Part shown: positions 19,642-29,018 of the stretch, in pieces
How the letters are laid out: the number at the start of each line of letters is the position of its first letter
Position numbering within the stretch: the first letter of the stretch is position 1
Source: Planctomycetota bacterium
Lineage (GTDB): Bacteria > Planctomycetota > UBA1135 > UBA2386
DNA length: 64,000 nucleotides
Assembly (NCBI GenBank): GCA_965228735.1
Contig: OZ245838.1
Span: 4,672,001-4,736,000 of the forward strand
Direction: 5' to 3'
Position numbers and translations under genes: made by a program
The notes under the pieces: model-generated
The model's database searches: none
The model's input: only the letters and a program-made list of their open reading frames with translations
What the model was told of the DNA's origin: nothing

Positions 19642-21207
19642 TCAGCGCCGCCGCGCCCGCCGCACGCCGCGCCACTCGGGCGACCCCATGAGGACGTGCG
19701 CGAGCAGATACCCGACGATGCCGACGCCGATCGGGATCGCCACGTCGTAGAGCGCGACCTGCATGAGGCTCGCATCTGGCGGCGCGCTCTGCGAGAGCAC
19801 GACCGCGACGCCCATCGCGCCGGTCGCGGCGATCGCGCGCACCCAGCTGCCCGTGAGCCCACCGTCGTCGACCGCGGCCACGTGGCGGCGAAAACGCTGC
19901 GCCAGGAGGATCGCGTTCGCCAGCGACGAGATGCTGCTCGCGAGCGCGAGACCGGCGGTGCCGAGATCGGTGAGCCAGAGCAGCAGCGCGTTGAGCGCCG
20001 CATTGCAGAGAACGAGCACGGCGGCGAAACGGGCGGGCGTGCGGGCGTCCCCCACGGCGTAGAACGCGCGGGCATAGAGCTGTGCGAGTCCGAGGAACGG
20101 CAGACCCAGCACGAGCAGCGTGACCGTCCGCGCCGTCGGTCCGACATCGGCTTCGACGAAGCGGCCGCCGAGGAACAGCATCCGGATCACCGGCTCGGCG
20201 AGCAGGGCGAGTCCGATCGATGCGGGCAGGGTCACGAAGATCGTGTAGCCGGCGAACTGATCGAGCGTGCTGCGCATGCTGCGCCGGTCGGTCTCGGTCG
20301 CTTCGAGCGCGAGCTTCGGGAACGCGGCGACGCCGAGCGACATCGCGGTCAGCGCATGCGGGAACAGCAGCAGCCGGTTGGCGAGATAGAGGTAGGTGAC
20401 GGCGCCCGACGACACGAAGTAGTACGCCATCAACATGTCGAGCAACGAGCTGATCTGGTTGAGCGACATGCCGACGACCATCGGCACCATGGTCACGAAG
20501 ACCCCGAACGCCGCGCTGCCCCGTCGCGGCAGGCGGAACCGGGGCCACGGCAGTTCATTGCTGCGCCACATCGGCAGCGCGAGGACCGCGAGCTGCACGA
20601 AGCCGCCGGCGAGCAGCCACCACGCGACGAAGTTGGCGATGTCGGTTTCGACCGTGTAGCCGAGTGGTCCCGCCAGGAGCAGGGCCGCGATCCAGAACGC
20701 GTTGAGCAGGACCGGCAGCGCGGCCGGCAGCGCGAACCTGCCGAGCGTGTTCAGCGCGCCACTGAGCGCCGCGCACAGACAGACCGGCAGCGCGTAGGCG
20801 AACAGCACGACGTTGAGCGTCAGCAGCAACCGGATCGCCTCGACGCCACCCTTCTCCGGCGCGGGCAGCCACTCGGCCGGATACAGCAGGCTGACGGCGG
20901 CGACCACGAGGCAGAGTGGCAGCAGGATCGTCGTCACCGCGCCCGTGATCTCCGCGAGCAGCCGCCGCGCCTCGTCCGGGTCGCGCTTCTGAGCCGCGGT
21001 GTAGGCCGGCACGAGCGCGGCGGACAGCGCGCCCTCGCCGAGCAGCCGCCGCATGAGGTTCGGCAGCATCCACGCGAGCAGGAACGTGTCCTGCACCCAG
21101 CCCGCACCGAGCACCTGCGCCATCATCCGGTCGCGGAACAGTCCGAGGACGCGAGACACGAGCGTCATCGCGGTCATCGACCCGGCGGCGCGCAGAAGTC
21201 GCGTCAT
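19642..21207 (-). CDS. murJ: Lipid II flippase MurJ (MviN)
   Basis: TLVSRVLGLFRD, LPNLMRRLLGEGALSAALVP, YLYLANRL, RAFYAVGDARTP. Confidence 0.93.
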   Translation of the reverse strand: MTRLLRAAGSMTAMTLVSRVLGLFRDRMMAQVLGAGWVQDTFLLAWMLPNLMRRLLGEGALSAALVPAYTAAQKRDPDEARRLLAEITGAVTTILLPLCLVVAAVSLLYPAEWLPAPEKGGVEAIRLLLTLNVVLFAYALPVCLCAALSGALNTLGRFALPAALPVLLNAFWIAALLLAGPLGYTVETDIANFVAWWLLAGGFVQLAVLALPMWRSNELPWPRFRLPRRGSAAFGVFVTMVPMVVGMSLNQISSLLDMLMAYYFVSSGAVTYLYLANRLLLFPHALTAMSLGVAAFPKLALEATETDRRSMRSTLDQFAGYTIFVTLPASIGLALLAEPVIRMLFLGGRFVEADVGPTARTVTLLVLGLPFLGLAQLYARAFYAVGDARTPARFAAVLVLCNAALNALLLWLTDLGTAGLALASSISSLANAILLAQRFRRHVAAVDDGGLTGSWVRAIAATGAMGVAVVLSQSAPPDASLMQVALYDVAIPIGVGIVGYLLAHVLMGSPEWRGVRRARRR

Positions 21208-21344
21208 CGGGTGCTCACGAACGGAAACGAGGACGGCTTGTGCACGAGTTCGGGGTGGGACCTGTCGGCGCCATGGGGAACAATGCACACGGGTTCGTGC
21301 CCCGCAAGCTCGCTCTCTCGCCGCCCGTCATTCATGGCCATCAC

Positions 21345-21989
21345 GTGACTCGCCGCATCTTCATCGGTGACATCCAGGGCTGCCGCGAACCGCTCGAACG
21401 GCTGCTCGCGGCCGTGCGGTTCGAGGCGGGGCGCGACCGCCTCATGCCCGTCGGCGACCTGGTCAACAAGGGGCCGGACTCGGACGGCACGCTCGATCTG
21501 CTCATCGAGCTCGGCGCCGAGCCCGTGCTCGGCAACCACGACCTGTCGTTCTTGCGGAAGGGCAAGGCGGCGAGCGCTCGCCATCGCGAGTGGCTCGAGT
21601 CACAGCCGATCGTCCGCACGTTCGACGATCTGATCGTCGTGCACGCGGGCCTGCATCCGAGCTGGTCGCAATGGCCCGACGACCGCCTCACCGCGCTCGC
21701 GGCCGATGACGTGCGCTACGCGGTGACCGTGCGCTACTGCGACTCCGAGGGCAACCGACCGGCCGCCGACTGGCCGCCGCCTGGGCCGCCGTTCCGACCG
21801 TGGGACGACTGGTACACGGGCGCCCGGCGCGTCGTGTTCGGGCATTGGGCGCGGCGCGGTCTCGTCGTCCGGCCGCACGCGATCGGCCTCGACACCGGCT
21901 GCTGCTACGGTGGTGAGCTCACCGCGTGGATCGCCGAGGAAGATCGCTTCGTGCGGGTGCCGGGGATCGCCGGGATGCGATCGCGCTGA
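21345..21989 (+). CDS. Metallophosphoesterase, ApaH/Ser-Thr phosphatase-like
   Basis: IGDIQGC, GDLVNKGP, VLGNHD, VHAG, VFGHW, GLDTGCCYGGELTA. Confidence 0.88.
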   Translation: MTRRIFIGDIQGCREPLERLLAAVRFEAGRDRLMPVGDLVNKGPDSDGTLDLLIELGAEPVLGNHDLSFLRKGKAASARHREWLESQPIVRTFDDLIVVHAGLHPSWSQWPDDRLTALAADDVRYAVTVRYCDSEGNRPAADWPPPGPPFRPWDDWYTGARRVVFGHWARRGLVVRPHAIGLDTGCCYGGELTAWIAEEDRFVRVPGIAGMRSR

Positions 21990-21995
21990 TGCTCG

Positions 21996-22697
21996 TCAGG
22001 CCGGTGCCGCGGCGGAGAGCGCGGTTTCGTAGTAGCCCGCGCCGAGCACGATGCCCGCGAGCCCCTTCTCCTCCAGCGCGCGGACCGAGTCGCGGTCTTC
22101 GCGGCTCTCGGCCCCGACGCGGGCGAAGAGCTCGACGTTCTCGAGCTGACCGAGCACCGCTTCGACCGCCGCGATGTCCGCGTCGATGTCGACCGTGTCC
22201 CCGATGCGCGAGTAGGACAGCGTCTCCGCGCCGGTCGACGTGATCGCGGCGATGGCCTCGGCGACGCTCCGCGCGTCGTTCTCCGCGCGGCCGCTGACGA
22301 GCACCTGACCGCCGCGGTCGTCGATCGCCGCGATGACCCGACGACCGAACTTGCCGACGAGCGCCTTCGCCTCGTCGGGTGCTGCGAGCATCATCGTGCC
22401 CACGACGACCCGATCGGCGCCGAGCGCGAACAGCTCCTCGGCGCGAGCCGCGCTGCGGATGCCGCCGCCGACCTGGAACGGGATCGTGCGCTCGGCGAGG
22501 CCGCGCAGCACGTCATCGTTGTTGCCCGACCCGAACGCCGCGTCGAGGTCGGTGATCTGGAAGAACAGGGCGCCGTGTTTCTGCAGCAGGCGCGCCGCCT
22601 CGAGCGGGTTCTCGTGCAGGACGCGTGCGTCGTCCGCACCCTTCGCGTCCGCGACCAGGCGGCCGCCGAGGATCTCGAGACATGGAACCTGCATCAT
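21996..22697 (-). CDS. HisA/HisF-family TIM-barrel protein (divergent HisA paralog)
   Basis: TDLDAAF, FQVGGGIRS and GADRVVVGT match HisA; the N-terminal PAID motif reads PCLE and the C-terminal SGG motif is absent. Confidence 0.7.
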   Translation of the reverse strand: MMQVPCLEILGGRLVADAKGADDARVLHENPLEAARLLQKHGALFFQITDLDAAFGSGNNDDVLRGLAERTIPFQVGGGIRSAARAEELFALGADRVVVGTMMLAAPDEAKALVGKFGRRVIAAIDDRGGQVLVSGRAENDARSVAEAIAAITSTGAETLSYSRIGDTVDIDADIAAVEAVLGQLENVELFARVGAESREDRDSVRALEEKGLAGIVLGAGYYETALSAAAPA

Positions 22698-22872
22698 GAC
22701 GCGTCGCTACCCTTCATGACCTGGGGAAGAAGCGGGCCTGCGAGGCGAAGGCCGCCCCGGAACGAGACGTTCATCGGCTCAGAGCCGTCCGACCTTGCCC
22801 GAACCGTCCAGTTTTCGGACGCCGCTCGGCGGGCGGTCCGCAGCGGCCCGTCCCGTCGAGGGTTCGAGCCGG

Positions 22873-24486
22873 CTACGCGAGTACCGGTGACGCGCCCTCC
22901 GGCTCGACGGCCGAGAACGATGCCGAGGACGCGGCCCGTAGCGCGCGCGCGTATCCTGCGGGCGGGTCGTCGCCGAGCAGATCCCCCGGGGCCAGGTACT
23001 CGTAGATCTCGCCGTAGTGCCGGACGTCGGTCGGGCTGATGCGCCGCACGAGATGCCACGGCCGCAGCTGATGCGGTGCTTCGAGGCCGAGCGTGCCGAG
23101 CAGCTCGGCGAGGCTCTCGACCGACTCGGCATGGAACGAGGTCACGCGCTTGCGCTTGTTGCTCACGACGAGGCCGGCCTCGAGGTGCGGGTCCTGCGTC
23201 GCGACGCCGGCGGGGCACACGTTGGCGTTGCAGCGCAGCGCCTGGATGCAACCGAGCGCGAGCATCATCGCGCGCGCCGAGTAGATCATGTCCGCGCCGA
23301 GCATCAGCGCCTTGATCATCCCGAAGCCGCTCGTGATGCGGCCCGAAGCGATGACCTTGATGCGGTCGCGCAGTTCGAAACCCGTGAGCGCGTTGTGCAC
23401 GAACACGATCGCGTCCGCGGCCGGCGTGCCGACGCGGTCGGTGAACTCGACCGGTGCAGCGCCCGTGCCGCCCTCGCCACCGTCGACGGCGATGAAGTCC
23501 GGTGTGATGCCGGTCTCGCGCATCGCCTTGCACAGCGCCAGGAACTCGCGGCGCTTGCCGAGGCACAGCTTGATGCCCACGGGCTTGCCGTCCGCGAGCT
23601 CGCGGAGCTGCTGGACGAACTTCACGAGCTCGAGCGGCGTCGAGAACGCCGAGTGCGCGGGCGGTGACAAGACGTCCTGGCCGAGTGGCACGTTGCGAAT
23701 CGCGGCGATCTCGGGCGTGACCTTCTGCGCCGGCAGGATGCCGCCGTGGCCGGGCTTGGCCCCCTGCGACAGCTTGAGCTCGATCATCTTGACCTCGGGC
23801 CGCGCGGCGTTCTGCTTGAACAGCGCGGTATCGAAGTCGCCCTCGAGCGTGCGACAGCCGAAGTAGCCGGTGCCGATCTGCCAGATCAGGTCACCGCCGT
23901 GTTCGAGGTGGTGCGGCGAGATCCCGCCTTCACCCGTGTTGTGCGCGAAGTCGCCGTCCTTCGCGCCGCCGTTGAGTGCGCGGATCGCGTTGCCGCTCAG
24001 CGCGCCGTAGCTCATCGCCGAGATGTTGAGGATGCTCGCGCTGTACGGCTTGGTGCAGTGCGGTCCTCCGACGGTCACGCGCATGAGGCGCGGGTCGACG
24101 TGCACGGGCGCCATCGAGTGGTTGAGCCACTCGTAGCCCGGCTCGTAGAGATCGTGCCGCGTGCCGAACGGCATCGTGTCGAGCGCGCCCTTCGCGCGCT
24201 GGTAGACGAGCGAGCGTTCGTCGCGGCTGAACGGCCGCCCATCCGTGTTGGACTCGACGAAGTATTGGTTGATCTCGGGGCGGATCGCCTCGAGCCAGTA
24301 GCGGAAGCGGCCGAGGACCGGGAAGTTCCGGCGGATCGCGTGGCGAGTCTGGCAGTAGTCGTAGCAGCCGGCCGCGAAGATCGGGCCGACCACGGCGAGC
24401 GACCAGAGCACGGGCGGCCAGAAGATCGCGGTGATCGCGATCGTCAGCAGCACGATGATCGATGTCAGGACGAAGATTGGGCGCAT
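22873..24486 (-). CDS. FMN-binding glutamate synthase family protein
   Basis: NISAMSYGALS, HNTGEGG, ELKLSQGAKPGHGG, VDGGEGGTGAAP, CIQALRCNANVCPAGVATQ. Confidence 0.93.
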   Translation of the reverse strand: MRPIFVLTSIIVLLTIAITAIFWPPVLWSLAVVGPIFAAGCYDYCQTRHAIRRNFPVLGRFRYWLEAIRPEINQYFVESNTDGRPFSRDERSLVYQRAKGALDTMPFGTRHDLYEPGYEWLNHSMAPVHVDPRLMRVTVGGPHCTKPYSASILNISAMSYGALSGNAIRALNGGAKDGDFAHNTGEGGISPHHLEHGGDLIWQIGTGYFGCRTLEGDFDTALFKQNAARPEVKMIELKLSQGAKPGHGGILPAQKVTPEIAAIRNVPLGQDVLSPPAHSAFSTPLELVKFVQQLRELADGKPVGIKLCLGKRREFLALCKAMRETGITPDFIAVDGGEGGTGAAPVEFTDRVGTPAADAIVFVHNALTGFELRDRIKVIASGRITSGFGMIKALMLGADMIYSARAMMLALGCIQALRCNANVCPAGVATQDPHLEAGLVVSNKRKRVTSFHAESVESLAELLGTLGLEAPHQLRPWHLVRRISPTDVRHYGEIYEYLAPGDLLGDDPPAGYARALRAASSASFSAVEPEGASPVLA

Positions 24487-24583
24487 TGGCGAGTTCTTCA
24501 GCACGGCTCCGATCGGCACCGTCGCGAACCGTTCTGGAGGAGGCCGTGTGCGGGCGATGCCATCGAGCCGATACCCTTGCCGC

Positions 24584-26125
24584 ATGCGGCTGCCCGGCCT
24601 CTTCGCACTGCTCCTCGTCGCCCTCGAAGGCGCCGCGTCGCCGCTGGCGGCGCAAACGGTCGGCCCGACGGTCGCGACGCACTACTTCTATTGGTACCAC
24701 TGGCCGACGGAGCACTTCGACCAACCCGGGGCGCCCGGTCGCGAGGGGCACGCGCGCCACTTCGTCGCGCCGGAGAAGGTCAGCTACCGGAGTGTCGACT
24801 GGCACGCCGGCAACTTCGAGGCGATGGCGGCGGCGGGGATCGACGTCGCGCTGCCGGTCTACTGGGGCGCGCCCGGCGCCTACGAGCGCCCGAACCTCGC
24901 GTTCTCGCGCGAGGGTCTGCCGCCGATGGTTCGTGCGCTCGATCGGCTCGAGAAAGAAGGCGACGGGAGCGTCGAGCTCGGTCTGTTCTACGACACGAGC
25001 ACGTTGCGCAACGACGTCTGCGGCCGAGAGCCGCGCGGCGGCCGCGCCGATCTGACGACCGCCGCGGGGCGCGAGTTGTTCTGCACCACGGTCACCGATT
25101 ACTTCGCGGCGATCCCGCGGCGGCACTGGGCCCGCCACCGCGGCGGCGCGCTCGTCGTGCTCTACGTCAGCGGTTTCGCCGAGCGTTGGGACCGCGAGCT
25201 CGGGGATGCGTTGCGCGAACGGTTCGCGGCGCGCTTCGACGGCGATCGCGTGTGCCTCGTCGCCGATCAATCGTGGGGCGACATCGGACAGGACCTGACG
25301 ACGAGCTGGGGGGCGGCGTTGTGGGGACCCAAGCTGTTTCCCGGCGTCGCGCAGATCGGACCGGGCTACGACGACCGACCCGTGCCCGGCCGCCGGACGC
25401 CGATCCGCGAACGCGAGGGCGGGCGCTACTACAGCTGGTCCTGGCAACGCGCGATCGCGCATCGCCCGGAGCTCGTTCTGCTCGAGACGTGGAACGAGAT
25501 GCACGAAGGCACCGAGCTGTGTCCGACCATCGAGACGGGGCGGCAGTACGTCGAGCTCACGCGGCTTTGGATCGCAGCGTTGCGGACCGGCACGAAGCCC
25601 GACCTGGGCCCGGACCCGATCGAACTGAGCTGGCCCGAACCGCGTCCGCGGCCCGATCGCAGTTGGGGGCAGGCCGCGGCCGATCGCGATCACGTGCTCG
25701 TGTCGTACGGCGGCCGTCGCCTCGGGGTGCGTGAGGTCGCATGCGAAGACGGACCGTGCCGCGTCGCAGACGGCGCGCTGCGACCGGGCGTCGTCGCACG
25801 AGGCCTCGGCAACTACCTCTACTTCCAGGTCAGCGACCACTTCGCGTTCGACGTCGACGCCGACTTCGAACTCGAGGTCGTGCGCCGCGGCGGTGTCCCC
25901 GTCGGTCTCGAGTTCGACTCGCGGGACCGCGAGGCCACGCTGAGCGGGGCCTACACGGCGTGTCGACCGTCCGAGACCGAACGCCAGGACGATCGCGTCG
26001 TGGAGCGCTACCTGCTGCGCCGGGCCCGCTTCGCCAACCGCCAGAACGGCGGCGCGGACTTCCGTTTCGTGCTGCCACAGCGTCGGGCCGCGATCCTGTC
26101 GGTGACGCTGCGGCGCGCGCGTTAG
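24584..26125 (+). CDS. Secreted glycoside-hydrolase-like protein (DUF5010/GH99-GH71-like)
   Basis: Signal peptide; HYFYWY, AGIDVAL.YWG, PGYDD, ETWNEMHEGT. Confidence 0.7.
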   Translation: MRLPGLFALLLVALEGAASPLAAQTVGPTVATHYFYWYHWPTEHFDQPGAPGREGHARHFVAPEKVSYRSVDWHAGNFEAMAAAGIDVALPVYWGAPGAYERPNLAFSREGLPPMVRALDRLEKEGDGSVELGLFYDTSTLRNDVCGREPRGGRADLTTAAGRELFCTTVTDYFAAIPRRHWARHRGGALVVLYVSGFAERWDRELGDALRERFAARFDGDRVCLVADQSWGDIGQDLTTSWGAALWGPKLFPGVAQIGPGYDDRPVPGRRTPIREREGGRYYSWSWQRAIAHRPELVLLETWNEMHEGTELCPTIETGRQYVELTRLWIAALRTGTKPDLGPDPIELSWPEPRPRPDRSWGQAAADRDHVLVSYGGRRLGVREVACEDGPCRVADGALRPGVVARGLGNYLYFQVSDHFAFDVDADFELEVVRRGGVPVGLEFDSRDREATLSGAYTACRPSETERQDDRVVERYLLRRARFANRQNGGADFRFVLPQRRAAILSVTLRRAR

Positions 26126-27543
26126 CGGTACGGCACGACGAGCGTGTCGATCAGCGGCACCTCGCCGGTCTGCGCATTGCTCCGGAACGTGATCCGGAAC
26201 TGCAGGTGCGGCAGCCCGTCCGCGACGTTCGGGCTGCTGGACCAGGCGGTCGCGTTGCTGCCGGAGTTGCTCGTCGCGCCGCGGAACTCGACTTCGTAGC
26301 CCGTGCCGGCCGGCAGCGTCGCGGCCACGAGCGCCGGATCCCAATCCGGGTTGCTGACGTTCGCCGAGAAGAACGGGGACAGCGCCTCGGTGGTCACGTC
26401 CGCGAACTCGAACTGCAGCCGCATGAGCAGGTTGTCGCCCGTGCCCATCGTCGCCTGCGACGGGTTGAGCGGCTGGCTCGGCGTGCCGCTCGCGACGACG
26501 CGCGCGGCCGGCAGGGGTGAGCTCTGCACCATGAGGTAGCCGTACATCCCGTTCTGCCCCGTCGCCGGTGCGCCGGGGTTGGTGCGCAGTTCGATCAGCA
26601 GGCTCGACGTCCCGTCGTAGGCGAACGGCACGATCTCGGGCAGCGGCACGTAGCCGTCGGGTTGTTGGATCGACGGCTGGATCACGTAGCCCGCGCTGTA
26701 GACGACCTGCGGCGGCGCACTCGGTGAGTAGTTGTTGGCGAACGTCGGGTCGAGGCCCGAGTTGGGCGACGACGGCAGTGCCGTCCAGGGGTCGATCGAG
26801 TAGTCCGGCGTCACGGGCGTGTGCCCGACGAGGATGTCGATGTGCGGGAAGACGTCGAAGACGACGGGCGTCGCCGAATACCACCGGATCGCGGTGAGCA
26901 TCTCGGGACTGCCGCTGGCACCGACGTCCGACGACCGAAACACCATCTGCTCGCGCGCGCCCGCGGGGTTGAGCGGGTTCTGCACCGGCGAGCCGAACGC
27001 GACGCCCTGGGTCGGCATGACCGACCACGTGCGACGCGTGATCGCGCCGCCGGTGATGTGACCCGCGACGCCCTGGCCGAACGAACCCGTGAACCCGGCC
27101 TGCTGCGGGTCATCGAACGCGATCGCGAGCGCCTGGGGTGCGCCGTGCACGAGTGAGCTCTCGCCGTTGCTCACGACGATGCCCTGCGGCGCCGTCGGGT
27201 CGGCGGCGATGGCCTGACCGTAGACCGCGAGGCCGAGGGCGGCCGGCCCGGCCGGCAGCGAGATCGTGCCCGTGACGAGGCCCGTGCCGGGGAGCAACCC
27301 GCTGCGCAAGGTCAGGATCGGCGTCGGACCGAGGAAGAGGCGTTCCCCGAGCACGTCGAGCGGCCCGCCCTGCGGCGAGATCAGGACGGCGTAGAGCTGG
27401 CCGGCGTTGCCGACGATGGCGTAGGGAATCGACGCGCCCGTGGGGCCGAGCGCCGCTGCGGGTGCGATGTCGAAGGTCGGGGACTGCGCGAGGGTCGCTG
27501 CGGCGAGGCAACTGATCGCGCCCGTGATCGTGCTCGGTCTCAT
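26122..27543 (-). CDS. Hypothetical secreted protein
   Basis: Signal peptide MRPSTITGAISCLAAATLAQ; LPAGPAALGLAVYGQ segment; GC3-biased coding frame. Confidence 0.7.
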   Translation of the reverse strand: MRPSTITGAISCLAAATLAQSPTFDIAPAAALGPTGASIPYAIVGNAGQLYAVLISPQGGPLDVLGERLFLGPTPILTLRSGLLPGTGLVTGTISLPAGPAALGLAVYGQAIAADPTAPQGIVVSNGESSLVHGAPQALAIAFDDPQQAGFTGSFGQGVAGHITGGAITRRTWSVMPTQGVAFGSPVQNPLNPAGAREQMVFRSSDVGASGSPEMLTAIRWYSATPVVFDVFPHIDILVGHTPVTPDYSIDPWTALPSSPNSGLDPTFANNYSPSAPPQVVYSAGYVIQPSIQQPDGYVPLPEIVPFAYDGTSSLLIELRTNPGAPATGQNGMYGYLMVQSSPLPAARVVASGTPSQPLNPSQATMGTGDNLLMRLQFEFADVTTEALSPFFSANVSNPDWDPALVAATLPAGTGYEVEFRGATSNSGSNATAWSSSPNVADGLPHLQFRITFRSNAQTGEVPLIDTLVVPYR

Positions 27544-27640
27544 GTCGAATGGTGGATCGCAAGAAGGCGCCCCTCGCCGAGTGCGAAGCGACGTCCGATA
27601 CACGGCACCTAGCCGGGTTCGTGACCGACGTCACTGCGGA

Positions 27641-28645
27641 TCAGCTGGTTCCGAGGTGGCGTTCGATCTCTTCGCGCACGATCGGGATCATGTTCCGCGC
27701 TAGCGTTTCGTTCGCGTAACACGCGAAGCCGACGTTGGTGGTCACGTCGAACGGCGCGTCGAACGGCCCGCCGAGCGGGTCGCGGACGACGCACCCGGCC
27801 TCGGCGGCGATGAGCCACGTCGCGAGGTCGTAGGGCCGACACGCGAGCGACGATCGCACGCCGAGCGCGCGATGCACCAGCGGCCGAACGTCGAGCACGA
27901 ACCGATCGCGTCCGAGCGCGACCTCCGCGAGCTGCCCGCCGGAGCAGATGTACTGGTCGGTGTAGACCTCGGCCTTCTCCGGATTCCACGGCCCGAGCGC
28001 GCGTGCGAGGATCGCTTCCTCGAGCCGCGCGATCAGCTCCTTGCCGCCCTGGAAGAAGTTGCCGACCGTCGCGAACCCGTGCCGCAGGTTGTCCGCGCGA
28101 CTCGGTTGCAGGGGCAGCTCGCGCGTCGCGCCGGTCTCGAGATGCGTGCGCACCCCGCGCGCGCCGCCACCCGCGGTCGCGGTCAGCGTGTCGCTCGTCG
28201 CCTGCCGCGTCGTCGGCAACTCCGTCATCACCGCGACCTCGACATCGGTGAGACGCGTCGCGTCACCACGATCGGGCGCGACGCCGAAGAGGCACCACGC
28301 CGACCGCTTGTCGAACATCAACCCGCGCGTGCCGTCGATCGGATCCGCGAGCAGTCGGAACGGCGGCCCGCCGCGACCCGACTTCCCGAACGTCACGCCG
28401 GCCGGATCGAGCCCTTCCGCGAGCAACGTGAAGTGCTGCGTCGCGCCCCACCGCTCGCACTCGCGCAGCAGCAGCTCCTCGACCTCGACATCGATCCCGA
28501 AGATCGTGTCCCCGAGATCGTCACGCACCGTGCGCGCCAGCACGTCGGTCGACTGCGATGCCATGTGCGAGCGCAGCGCATCGCGAACCGCCGCGCCGAT
28601 CGCGGTGAGACGGGTCAGGATCGACGAGGTGTCGAGCGGGCTCAT
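27641..28645 (-). CDS. Inositol monophosphatase/FIG superfamily protein
   Basis: DPIDGT motif; YDLA motif near the C-terminus. Confidence 0.8.
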   Translation of the reverse strand: MSPLDTSSILTRLTAIGAAVRDALRSHMASQSTDVLARTVRDDLGDTIFGIDVEVEELLLRECERWGATQHFTLLAEGLDPAGVTFGKSGRGGPPFRLLADPIDGTRGLMFDKRSAWCLFGVAPDRGDATRLTDVEVAVMTELPTTRQATSDTLTATAGGGARGVRTHLETGATRELPLQPSRADNLRHGFATVGNFFQGGKELIARLEEAILARALGPWNPEKAEVYTDQYICSGGQLAEVALGRDRFVLDVRPLVHRALGVRSSLACRPYDLATWLIAAEAGCVVRDPLGGPFDAPFDVTTNVGFACYANETLARNMIPIVREEIERHLGTS

Positions 28646-28726
28646 GGGGTCCCGATCCTAGCCCGCAGGCGCCAGCCCTGTCCGCGGCGCTGCATCCGAA
28701 TTCACGGCCTCGACGAAGCCCTCGTC

Positions 28727-28975
28727 ATGCCGAAGAGCCGCCCCACGATCGCCAACGACGATCAGTACGAAGCCCTCCGCGAGAAGGGCTATGGCAAGGA
28801 AACCGCCGCCCGCATTGCGAACAGCGATGGTGCTGGCGCGCGCGGCGCCGCCCGGTCGCCGTACGAGGAGTGGAGCAAGGATGCGCTCTACGAGCGCGCG
28901 CAGGAGCTCGAGATCGACCGCCGCTCTTCGATGAACAAGGCCGAACTGATCGAGGCCCTGCGCAGCGCCCGCTGA
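28727..28975 (+). CDS. Small protein with Rho-termination-factor N-terminal-like domain
   Basis: YEALREKG..KE.AARIAN followed by YEEWSK..LYERAQELEI..RSSMNKAELIEALR. Confidence 0.75.
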   Translation: MPKSRPTIANDDQYEALREKGYGKETAARIANSDGAGARGAARSPYEEWSKDALYERAQELEIDRRSSMNKAELIEALRSAR

Positions 28976-29018
28976 AGCTCTTCGGGCCGGTCGTTCCCGC
29001 CCGCCATACCGACGACGT

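Noticed and set aside
23930..27028. Long alternative-frame ORFs (e.g. 1032 aa here; also 11117-13303, 2806-4512, 19696-21348, 32193-34082)
   Set aside because: Arg/Ala-rich or antisense shadows of well-supported genes in high-GC DNA.
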